Made by a program: the position numbers and the translations under genes
Virus record (IMG/VR): IMGVR_UViG_3300036766_000837
Location: 32,001-96,000 of that record
DNA from: a virus
Length of the DNA: 64,000 nucleotides
Strand: one strand, 5' to 3'
Shown here: piece by piece, positions 39,501 to 46,390 of the stretch
How positions within the stretch are numbered: the first letter of the stretch is position 1
Layout of the letters: the number at the start of each line of letters is the position of its first letter
The notes under the pieces: model-generated
Told to the model about the DNA's origin: nothing
Seen by the model: only the letters and a program-made list of their open reading frames with translations
The model's database searches: none

Positions 39501-41776
39501 ACGTTGTATGCAGAGTATCCATAGACCTCTATTGCCGCATCAACATCATGAGACAATACCTCGGTTCTACTGGTTAGAGATTCAATAGAATGACTTGATG
39601 TTTCCGTCTTCTTGACAAGAGTATTGATATTAGAGAAAACTATTGTGGCTTTTCCAATCAAGGCGTCGGCAGAAGAAATTATAGTCTTCGATTTTTGAAG
39701 GGTTGCATCTACAGAGTTTGTTGCCATTCTGGTTTGCAATATCAAAGAGGCAACACTTGAAGCCGCGACCGTCTGTTTCTGAAGACCAGAATCTATTTCC
39801 GTGGATACTATTGGAGTCTTCTGTACCAATGCAGTTATATCGTCTTGTATTCTTCCCCTTATTTGTATTAGAGATTCAACCGAAGAATTAGTGGCCCCAG
39901 ATTTCTTTATAGAGGAATCTATCGAACCAATAATTGTGGTCGTCTTTTTGATTAAAACATCAAGGGTCGAGATTGCCGGGAAGGACTTCTTTATTAAGGC
40001 ATCAAGGAAGTTGGCATTTATCTGAGTTTTCTCTATAGAAGAGTCAACATTATTAGATGCCGCATTTCTTGTAACGATATAGGAATCAAGAATTGAGTAT
40101 GGATTTAGAACCTTCTTGATTAAGGCGACGATAGTGGTTGTCCATATACGCTCTATGTCTAATATGGCATCAGCATTTGCAAAGAGAGTTATAGTTTTTC
40201 GAATATCAGAATCTATACTAGTAGTAATCGATTGAGTCTTTAAAATTCCAGAGTCAACATTAGAGTTGACATAGAATGCTTTCCTCACCAAAGCATCAAT
40301 AGAAAAAATTATAGTAGTTGATTTTTTCAGTAATCCGTCAACCGAAGAATCAACCGTTTGAGTCTTTTTGATTAAAACATCAAGACTATTACTTACAGTT
40401 TGGGATTTCTTTATCAAAGTATCGACATTATTAACTGTTTGAATCGTTTTATTTCTTAAGGCGTCGATACTATCTATGACGGTCTGAGTTTTTTTGCGTA
40501 ACGAATCTATACTATTAACTATCTGGCTTCTTTTTGTTGGTAGAGAATCGATTGTGGATGATATTATTGCCGATTTTTTAATCAGGGTATCAATGCTATT
40601 AGAAATAGATAAAGTTTTCTTGATGTCAGTGTCGAGAGAATGAGTTTTTGTATATGTGCCGCCGCTGGTCTTACGAGCTTGGAAGGAGAACCCATATCCA
40701 CCCTGCTCCGTCCACGTGGACCCGCTGTAGTACCAGTAGGTCCAGGGTGAGGATGCAATACCCACCTTGTAGTAGTTAGTATCGCTAAGGGTTGAAGTGC
40801 GTGCGATGTTCACCCAATAGGTGGTCTCTGCGGTAACGGCGTATGGCGAGGTGAAGGTGACTTCATACCAGGCCACCGTCTGGACATCAACCGTCGCCGA
40901 GACGGCATTTGCTCCATCCTTGGATGTGCGGATAGAGACCTGCACGTCATCGGTAGGGGTTCCCTGCTTCTGCATGAGGATTGCAATCTTCTCTACAGAA
41001 CAGGATTCCCGTGGAACGAATGAACAAGAATCCTCCTGGTTACCGCTTGCCATTCCAAATGAGGAGAGAAGCGCGGGGGCGGCTAGTGCTCCGCTTTCCG
41101 CCACCACCGGAGAGAGGTCCCCTAGAACAGCAACGGTCCAGGCTACCGTTTCCTCAGAACCCGATAGGGCGAAAGTGCCGGGGTCTTCCGCTATCGCGGT
41201 GGCCGAGATGGTCCGCTGTGAGACAGCCCCGCCGCAGTCGCCGGAGCCAGTACCCGAGTTGCCCGATTGAACTACCGCGTAGTTCGTCGGGCTTGTGGAG
41301 TATGTGTCGGTGTGGTCATTGGATTCTGCCGCGAGATAGAGGACATCGCGGGCTTCCTTCAGCGCGGGGACGGCTGGCGGGTCCGGGTTCGCGGTGGTCG
41401 CTACAACGGCCGCCGGGATGATGAGCGGGTACTCGCGGGTGACGCCCGAGATCCGCATGGCGATGGCCTCGCAGGTCTCGCTCTTCGTCCCGAGGATGTG
41501 AACGTCTACATCGAGTTCAACCCCGGTGCACCAACGGTAGAACCAGGTACTCGATGGCGTATCGCCGCCGCTGTAACCGATGACGGTCAATGCCTGGTCT
41601 CCACCGACCACGTTGAAGTGCGCCGTCAGCGCGTTACCCGCACCGTCCGTCGAACAGAAGATGAGGCACAGGTCCCCGGCGGCGAAGTTCGGAAGTGTCG
41701 TCCCGGTGATGGTGTACGAGGTCGCGTTCGAGGCGAAGGCGTGCTTAGTGGATTCCTCAATCACCGGCGCAGCCAC
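36563..41776 (-). CDS. Giant virion fibre-like protein: two high-GC N-terminal globular domains plus ~90 14-aa repeats
   Basis: 1737 aa; repeat consensus S-I-D-S/A-L-I-x-K-T-x-x-I-x-S over about aa 380-1675; lies in the head/neck module. Confidence 0.75.
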   Translation of the reverse strand: MAAPVIEESTKHAFASNATSYTITGTTLPNFAAGDLCLIFCSTDGAGNALTAHFNVVGGDQALTVIGYSGGDTPSSTWFYRWCTGVELDVDVHILGTKSETCEAIAMRISGVTREYPLIIPAAVVATTANPDPPAVPALKEARDVLYLAAESNDHTDTYSTSPTNYAVVQSGNSGTGSGDCGGAVSQRTISATAIAEDPGTFALSGSEETVAWTVAVLGDLSPVVAESGALAAPALLSSFGMASGNQEDSCSFVPRESCSVEKIAILMQKQGTPTDDVQVSIRTSKDGANAVSATVDVQTVAWYEVTFTSPYAVTAETTYWVNIARTSTLSDTNYYKVGIASSPWTYWYYSGSTWTEQGGYGFSFQARKTSGGTYTKTHSLDTDIKKTLSISNSIDTLIKKSAIISSTIDSLPTKRSQIVNSIDSLRKKTQTVIDSIDALRNKTIQTVNNVDTLIKKSQTVSNSLDVLIKKTQTVDSSVDGLLKKSTTIIFSIDALVRKAFYVNSNVDSGILKTQSITTSIDSDIRKTITLFANADAILDIERIWTTTIVALIKKVLNPYSILDSYIVTRNAASNNVDSSIEKTQINANFLDALIKKSFPAISTLDVLIKKTTTIIGSIDSSIKKSGATNSSVESLIQIRGRIQDDITALVQKTPIVSTEIDSGLQKQTVAASSVASLILQTRMATNSVDATLQKSKTIISSADALIGKATIVFSNINTLVKKTETSSHSIESLTSRTEVLSHDVDAAIEVYGYSAYNVEAVIQITGRIFHSIEGYLVNWILLLTTIDSLVWRTSIASTAIDVLIRKVSRIESVVDALQQKQGEKTTAIDSLILFSISRYSLIDSRISMRLSVSSTIQSLIRSTFVAVSSIDSLILLTNKTQNILESLVEKSAWVYSGTESLNKKTTGIYTEIETLVQHLYQIENIIDSLIQKLYTKTIDVSASILKLSTINFEIGSLLRTTNAISHAVSSSLDKAGYVAVSLKALIEKTSRESSNADTKIVVRGEVSSGIDVGILITPTVSHDLEVLISKTERPNSTIESLILSFTIKSTEIESLIGSTFQTYESIDALIKHTYITSGSVDTSILRTAFVVNLIDTVISKASIVVESNADALIEQGFSTNHDIEALILRFATVASLIGSLIQRGEISSSEIDALTLTSSAISHSVDVVVFIGTVVTSQIDASIISTSQEETSIDTDIVIRGIWQSDIDSLVEKTNGQESYADSLILSTQTVAFVVEALIQKSRTIISSIDADILQILQQQTSLGSLIEFSSSSWTTIETLKLKVETLAVSIDSLLIATETQSHGTAVLLEKSNTIISNLDALIQHIYSVESAEESLVVKIFDVNTSIDFLRQTTSAISHFIDTVAFIENIRVHLVDTSIIETSEIFAAIDSYIVTRRLVENYVDSDISKTICVESSIDSLVLPARRLSSEITVLVQKSRTIISSIDAIQRKEIGRSSQIESLISHQYGVSQQIDSCIQKTIRIATNIDSSILRLSRVSQAVDFVIYTPKTYVTYIESLLSLQSRIETKITAGIEKIQKISTSISSLITKTITINNIVRSLILNRYSLETSVDSRVEEQGVTTTQIEALIVKSISIESSIRSSISRTSFADTDIVCGIVAQETVNTRLVVSTIAIIRISSAVEAGIIITGNLMHSGVDAYIVRRGRVSHGVYTSLKRKVHKIGPEPSGHMEMSSEALERRANIDPEGGTETSLTSETLERRRSIDGESGGGDKNISF
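36750..40645 (-). repeat. Degenerate 42-bp / 14-aa tandem repeat array
   Basis: SIDTLIKKSAIISS/TIDSLPTKRSQIVN/SIDSLRKKTQTVID/SIDALRNKTIQTVN/NVDTLIKKSQTVSN..., with phase kept for ~3.9 kb. Confidence 0.9.
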
Positions 41777-42244
41777 GTCACGCCCCCATCGTCAACGGGA
41801 CGATGTAGACGACGCTGGTTCCTGCCGTTCCCTGTAGCCCACCGAGGAACGGGACCACACCCGTCGGGGACTGCTTGTTGAACCAGTTGTACGCCTCGCA
41901 GGTATGCACGAACGCGCCCACCACGTAGGCCGTGCCGGTGCGGGTGATGGTGGCGTACACCTTCTGGCCGATATCTAGGCTGGTCGGGTCCTGGGTATCG
42001 GCGAGTGGGATACCATAGGCGCGGAGTTTTCCTGACGTGCCCAGGCTCACGACCGCCTCATGGTAGGTGTCGTCGGTCAGGGCAGACGCGAGTGCGGGGG
42101 GTGCGTGAGCACCCGTGATCGCACTCGGGGTCGTGGATGACTTTACGAGCGTGAAGGTGACGAACATCCCACGCCCCCGATGCCGCCGCCTGAAGTCGAG
42201 ACGATCTGATGCTCGAACCCATCGATGTGGGTGAGGGTAGGCAA
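40655..42244. other. High-GC foreign segment
   Basis: Hand counts per 60-nt line: 45/60 GC at 41341, 34/60 at 40801, 36/60 at 42181, versus 15/60 at 40561 and 22/60 at 42241. Confidence 0.85.
41778..42167 (-). CDS. Hypothetical virion-associated protein (high-GC)
   Basis: 129 aa, Thr/Gly/beta-rich, GC-rich third codon positions, abuts the fibre gene. Confidence 0.6.
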   Translation of the reverse strand: MFVTFTLVKSSTTPSAITGAHAPPALASALTDDTYHEAVVSLGTSGKLRAYGIPLADTQDPTSLDIGQKVYATITRTGTAYVVGAFVHTCEAYNWFNKQSPTGVVPFLGGLQGTAGTSVVYIVPLTMGA

Positions 42245-42347
42245 ACTATCCTTCTATATTAAAGATGCCTTTCATCATTGTATTGAGTCTCCGTTTCCCA
42301 TTGTATTGGGTATGTTTATTATGGCAGTTATTTATCTTTGCCGCAAA

Positions 42348-42776
42348 TTACTCTATGCTGATATCCTCATTGGGGAATAACTGAATACCATAGAATATTG
42401 GATGCTCCTCCTTAAATTTCCCCGTTGCGATTATGGAGCCATCTGGGAATATCCAGTTAAGTGATTGGATATTCTTCCCGCCCACCGTCTGTTGCCAACC
42501 AACCAGATAGATTGTCCAATTCATATCTCCAGTTGAGGCATTGAGGGAATTCCTACGCCGAAATATCAAACGTTGTTCAGGTTCAAGAGCAAGAGCAAAA
42601 ACGGTCTTCCCAGTTCCTCTATCTAAAATATGGAATTCAATAAGTTTTTTTCTGTCGATATCCATATATTTATTTTCAGTATCATCTTCATTAAATTGAC
42701 GAAAAAATTCATCTTGTCCATATACCGCAACCCATTCTATTTCCACGATTATCCTTTCAAATTCATATTTTGCCAT
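42348..42776 (-). CDS. Hypothetical protein
   Basis: GAGG SD; coherent ORF. Confidence 0.6.
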   Translation of the reverse strand: MAKYEFERIIVEIEWVAVYGQDEFFRQFNEDDTENKYMDIDRKKLIEFHILDRGTGKTVFALALEPEQRLIFRRRNSLNASTGDMNWTIYLVGWQQTVGGKNIQSLNWIFPDGSIIATGKFKEEHPIFYGIQLFPNEDISIE

Positions 42777-43219
42777 TCCTCAAAAGCTGGTTTCCACCGC
42801 TCCATCCAAGCGGCGGAAGATTCAAATTGCGCAAAATCACAATCCTTAAAATATATTACAACATGATCCCCCAATTGGCAAGCCATGGGAAAATCCTTCA
42901 ATTCAAATACGGCAGCGGGAAGAATCCCTGTTTGGTCTAGTGTCATATCCAGCAATAATTCATTTTCCACAATGGCAACTAGATGACCGTTCCAATTTCC
43001 CTGCGGCACAATATTTGATGGATTTCGGCCAATAATGATAAACGGTGAAGGAATCACCACATGAACCGGAAGGGGATATGCTTCGTATCCCTGTAGTTTT
43101 AGACACTCGACGGCAAATCTGGTGGAGGAAACACATGAGGAGGCAGGGAGATGCTTCAACAATATTTCTCTTCCCTCATTCAATAATAACTCAAAATACC
43201 TATTCATATATCTCTTCAA
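42749..43219 (-). CDS. Hypothetical protein, possible Cys-His-Asp (transglutaminase-like) triad
   Basis: SSCV...GHLV...LLDMT. Confidence 0.45.
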   Translation of the reverse strand: MKRYMNRYFELLLNEGREILLKHLPASSCVSSTRFAVECLKLQGYEAYPLPVHVVIPSPFIIIGRNPSNIVPQGNWNGHLVAIVENELLLDMTLDQTGILPAAVFELKDFPMACQLGDHVVIYFKDCDFAQFESSAAWMERWKPAFEEWQNMNLKG

Positions 43220-43694
43220 TCCTTGAAATAACCTCTGATAGCTCCATAGTAGACTTTCTTACAGGATTTAGAGTATATGCAGCAGTAGCAACTTCTTCAA
43301 GCAATTCTTTGCTCCAGACCTTCTCTCCCAATGCTGATGCCACTCCTTTTCTAGATGGAAATTTTTCTAAAGTTAGAACAAATTTCCTGCCTATATCATC
43401 TTTTATAGAAAGATAAGGAATCAAAATATTTGACACATTTAGCAAATTCTTCTTTTTTCCTAAACTCCATCTTGTAAGTCCTGTTTTATCTGGATATAAT
43501 TTTCCGCCGAATTTATTGACACAGCGTTTAAGGGCGTTATTATTTTTTTCTGTATCGAGTAATGTTATAGTAATTCGGGGATTCACCATGACAGAATCCA
43601 CGCCAGTCTTTTTATTCCTTCTAAATAATACCTGAATAGAAAAACTTCCTTCGCCATCAAATAATCCGGCTATATACGAAACTTCAGGGTCCAT
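43200..43694 (-). CDS. Free-standing single-motif LAGLIDADG homing endonuclease
   Basis: YIAGLFDGEGSF, FGGKL, PYLSIK. Confidence 0.85.
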   Translation of the reverse strand: MDPEVSYIAGLFDGEGSFSIQVLFRRNKKTGVDSVMVNPRITITLLDTEKNNNALKRCVNKFGGKLYPDKTGLTRWSLGKKKNLLNVSNILIPYLSIKDDIGRKFVLTLEKFPSRKGVASALGEKVWSKELLEEVATAAYTLNPVRKSTMELSEVISRIEEIYE

Positions 43695-43698
43695 ATGA

Positions 43699-43743
43699 AC
43701 ACCTCCTAGATTGTATTCTAGGAGATATTCGCCAATAAGTCAA
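43699..43743 (-). promoter_or_regulatory. Sigma70-like promoter embedded in an SD-sequestering hairpin
   Basis: TTGACT-N17-TAGAAT; hairpin ATATCTCCTAGA-ATACAA-TCTAGGAGGTGT covers AGGAGG. Confidence 0.7.
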
Positions 43744-43763
43744 GTTTCATTGGTACAAGCAAA

Positions 43764-44318
43764 TTAGGTCTGATCATATTGCCAAGTTAATGTCTCAGCC
43801 GTTGTTACACCGGGACCAGCACTTGAAGAAACCTCAACCTGATACACAACAAAGTCACCGAAATCGCCCGTGGCTGATCCAATAGAACCAGTCACCGTAA
43901 GCATGGTGCCAGAAGAAGCAAAGTTAAAGGCACCTGAAGCAGCACTCTGAGAGAAACTCCATCCCGCGCCATAACCCGCAGATGTGAGCGCAGTTCCGGT
44001 TGTGCCAGGAGTTCCTGTCGCCATTGCATATGCCGATGCCGTCGCAACCTTCAAACTAACACCTGTACCCATCGAGTTGGTTCCGTCTGAATACCACTTG
44101 ATGTTGTTGATTGCCGTAGCGGGAGCAGCAGTAGCGGAAAGCCTCGTGCAAACCCAATACGAGTAGTTAAGGTCCGCTGTTGGAACCGGAATCGGATTAG
44201 CATTGCCAGGAGCCGGGTCATCTGCCGTGGCAGCACGGTTGGTTGCAGATGTAATATCCGTCTTAACCGGGGCGCCCGATGTGCTGGTCCATCTAAAAAT
44301 CTTTACAGTAGCAGCCAA
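43764..44318 (-). CDS. Probable virion structural/decoration protein
   Basis: Ala/Thr/Ser/Gly-rich, NPIPVP...YSYW, C-terminal WQYD; GGAGGTG SD plus TTG. Confidence 0.55.
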   Translation of the reverse strand: MAATVKIFRWTSTSGAPVKTDITSATNRAATADDPAPGNANPIPVPTADLNYSYWVCTRLSATAAPATAINNIKWYSDGTNSMGTGVSLKVATASAYAMATGTPGTTGTALTSAGYGAGWSFSQSAASGAFNFASSGTMLTVTGSIGSATGDFGDFVVYQVEVSSSAGPGVTTAETLTWQYDQT

Positions 44319-44340
44319 AAATTAACACCTCCATTTTTTA

Positions 44341-44658
44341 TTATTTTTTATAATATTCGGCCATTTCCTCAGGAGAAGCCTTTTTGAATTGCATGGTATA
44401 AAGTAACATTTCCGCTTCCCCTTCAGATACAAACTGGAATGGGTGTTCTCTCAAGAAAGTAACCCCTTCCGCCGTTTCATAACTATAATTATCTGATACC
44501 ATTCTGAGTAATATTTTCCCAACAGTCAAGTTTGCAACTATCTCTTTTTTTGTCATTTTTTGTTTTTTGGGTGGTTCTTCAGGTTTTTCACCCATATCCC
44601 CCAAAACCTCTGTTGCCGGTCTTCCTCTCCTAGGAACATCTTTTGATGTAACGACCAT
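44341..44658 (-). CDS. Hypothetical protein following capsid gene
   Basis: AAAGGAG SD; GVTF-x2-EHPF, F-x2-A-x-PEE...YY. Confidence 0.6.
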   Translation of the reverse strand: MVVTSKDVPRRGRPATEVLGDMGEKPEEPPKKQKMTKKEIVANLTVGKILLRMVSDNYSYETAEGVTFLREHPFQFVSEGEAEMLLYTMQFKKASPEEMAEYYKK

Positions 44659-44748
44659 ATATATCTCCTTTCAAGATAAATTATAGTACAAGAACTTTTA
44701 ATAAACCACTTTTTCACGCAATCTTAGATATGCTATGGCTCTCTCCAA

Positions 44749-44775
44749 AGAAAGGCCCCTACACGGGGCCTTTCT
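44749..44775 (-). terminator. Intrinsic terminator after major capsid gene
   Basis: Perfect stem AGAAAGGCCCC/GGGGCCTTTCT with 5-nt loop. Confidence 0.8.
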
Positions 44776-44804
44776 CATATATTTTTATTCACCTATAGTT
44801 TACA

Positions 44805-45800
44805 TTATTGAATACGTATATCTTTTACGAAAACCCACGCGTCCAAATTCTCCACCGCATTGCAAACCCTCACAAATACAGTATATTCAATAGCATCCTT
44901 CTTCGGTTTAAACTCACGATAAACCTTAACCTCTCTCTGAACACCAACAATCCTGTTCTGAGGGAACGTTAAGTCCATGAACGTATGGTTACCCGTTTGC
45001 CCTGAATACGTACCGGCAAGAGTTTCATCATACAGAGGAACTTCAATAACCGGAATCCCGAATGGACGGAGATTTGTAACTCCACCACCCTGAGAGTTCG
45101 TCGGGCTACCAAAGATAACTGAGTCTCCAAGCGGGGTTGAACGGTCAGTAAGAGCGTTCAGCCAGTCCTGAAGAGGACTAGTCCCCGTATAGAAACGAAG
45201 TTGCGACCTCTGTTGCATATATTTCTTCGGCATAGCCTTGATAGCAGTATTGAATGTAGCTTTGTCAAGACGATGCGATACATCGGTAAGGGCCGGGGCA
45301 GAAACGACATGCGCCCCGTTAAGAGCCCTCTTATACCATCCATCAAGAGCCTTGAGCAGTGGATCGCCAGTGTTGGTAACGTCGCCGCTGATATATAGGT
45401 CTTCAAGGTCGTTGGCAAACTGACCCGACATCAAACGAGCGATATGATCTTCAAGGGCTGCACCCTCAAGGTTGTCCTCAAGAGACTCTGTGGTGAGGCT
45501 CCAGTCCAAACGAAGCTTCACTGTCTGAAGAGTAATCTTGGAGAACGACGGATCGGCATCAACATGGTCGTCAACATTCTCCGTCGCCTTACGAACTTTC
45601 CTCGTACCAATGGCAATCTTGTCAATCTCACGTGTAGGAGCGTTCATTCTAATAAAACGAACTTCCTTAACGAGGACGGACTGATCTACCATATAGTCAA
45701 TAAAGCGGTCGGCCTGCTCAGGATTAAGAGTTCCACCACCACCCGAACCGATTAGAGTTGTATCTACAACTTTCTGTAGAAGTTCATTATTGTCGCCCAA
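44805..45800 (-). CDS. Major capsid protein (HK97 fold)
   Basis: GG-x-LNPEQADRFID, LEDN-x-EG, NDLEDL-x3-GD, MP-x-KY, FGIPV-x-EVP; AGGAGGTGA SD with TTG at 45800. Confidence 0.9.
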   Translation of the reverse strand: MGDNNELLQKVVDTTLIGSGGGGTLNPEQADRFIDYMVDQSVLVKEVRFIRMNAPTREIDKIAIGTRKVRKATENVDDHVDADPSFSKITLQTVKLRLDWSLTTESLEDNLEGAALEDHIARLMSGQFANDLEDLYISGDVTNTGDPLLKALDGWYKRALNGAHVVSAPALTDVSHRLDKATFNTAIKAMPKKYMQQRSQLRFYTGTSPLQDWLNALTDRSTPLGDSVIFGSPTNSQGGGVTNLRPFGIPVIEVPLYDETLAGTYSGQTGNHTFMDLTFPQNRIVGVQREVKVYREFKPKKDAIEYTVFVRVCNAVENLDAWVFVKDIRIQ

Positions 45801-45823
45801 TTTAGTTTTAATTTCACCTCCTA

Positions 45824-46390
45824 TTATTTGTCCCACTCATCAGAGTAGAACGCTCCACCCCAGATTGAATCTGAAGTTTCTGCTTTTACTAAATCTTCTG
45901 TGTTAACTTCGGAAGATTTCTTCCCACCGCCAGAATTCTCAATGGCATCTATTCTCTTAGCCAATTCAGAAAATTTATCATCGAAATAATCTGCGATAAC
46001 TTTCTTTAAATCTTCAGGTTGTTCGGCTGCGCCTAGATCGGCATGAGGGAGAACGTTCGCAGGAGTAAAATCATTAGTCCCTACATCCGCCCCAACACCG
46101 TCTGTTGAAATCGCGTCGGGAGTAACTTTCTCCGGACCAACATCAGCAGCGGGAAGGGCCGTTTCCTTTGCAACGGTTACCTCTACCGCATTAAGCGTGG
46201 CTCCACCATCATTTGCATTAGAAGTGCCGACACCGGCTTCGCCAGGATCAGAACCAACGGTCTTTCCAGCACCATCTTCGCTGTTCAAATCTTGAACACC
46301 GGCAAACGCCTTAAGAACCTCTTCGGCTTCTCTCTTGGCAACTTCAAAGATATCGGCAATCTTTTCTAGTACCTGTTCGTAGTTTTCCAA
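45824..46390 (-). CDS. Nested in-frame scaffold protein (internal start)
   Basis: GGGAGGTGA at 46409-46401, then in-frame TTG at 46390; 188-aa acidic product. Confidence 0.55.
   Translation of the reverse strand: MENYEQVLEKIADIFEVAKREAEEVLKAFAGVQDLNSEDGAGKTVGSDPGEAGVGTSNANDGGATLNAVEVTVAKETALPAADVGPEKVTPDAISTDGVGADVGTNDFTPANVLPHADLGAAEQPEDLKKVIADYFDDKFSELAKRIDAIENSGGGKKSSEVNTEDLVKAETSDSIWGGAFYSDEWDK

Noticed and set aside
36750-40645. Repeat array as CRISPR, second tape measure or coiled coil
   Set aside because: Repeats are degenerate at DNA level and coding; a canonical TMP exists elsewhere; the Ile/Val/Thr/Ser-rich composition favours beta structure (not proven).
40821-41881. Long plus-strand ORFs (149, 146, 204 aa)
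   Set aside because: Shadow frames caused by stop-codon scarcity in the high-GC segment opposite a real gene.
43200-43764. LAGLIDADG gene as part of a self-splicing intron
   Set aside because: Flanking genes look complete, the spacers are too short for an intron core, and it has its own promoter and SD.
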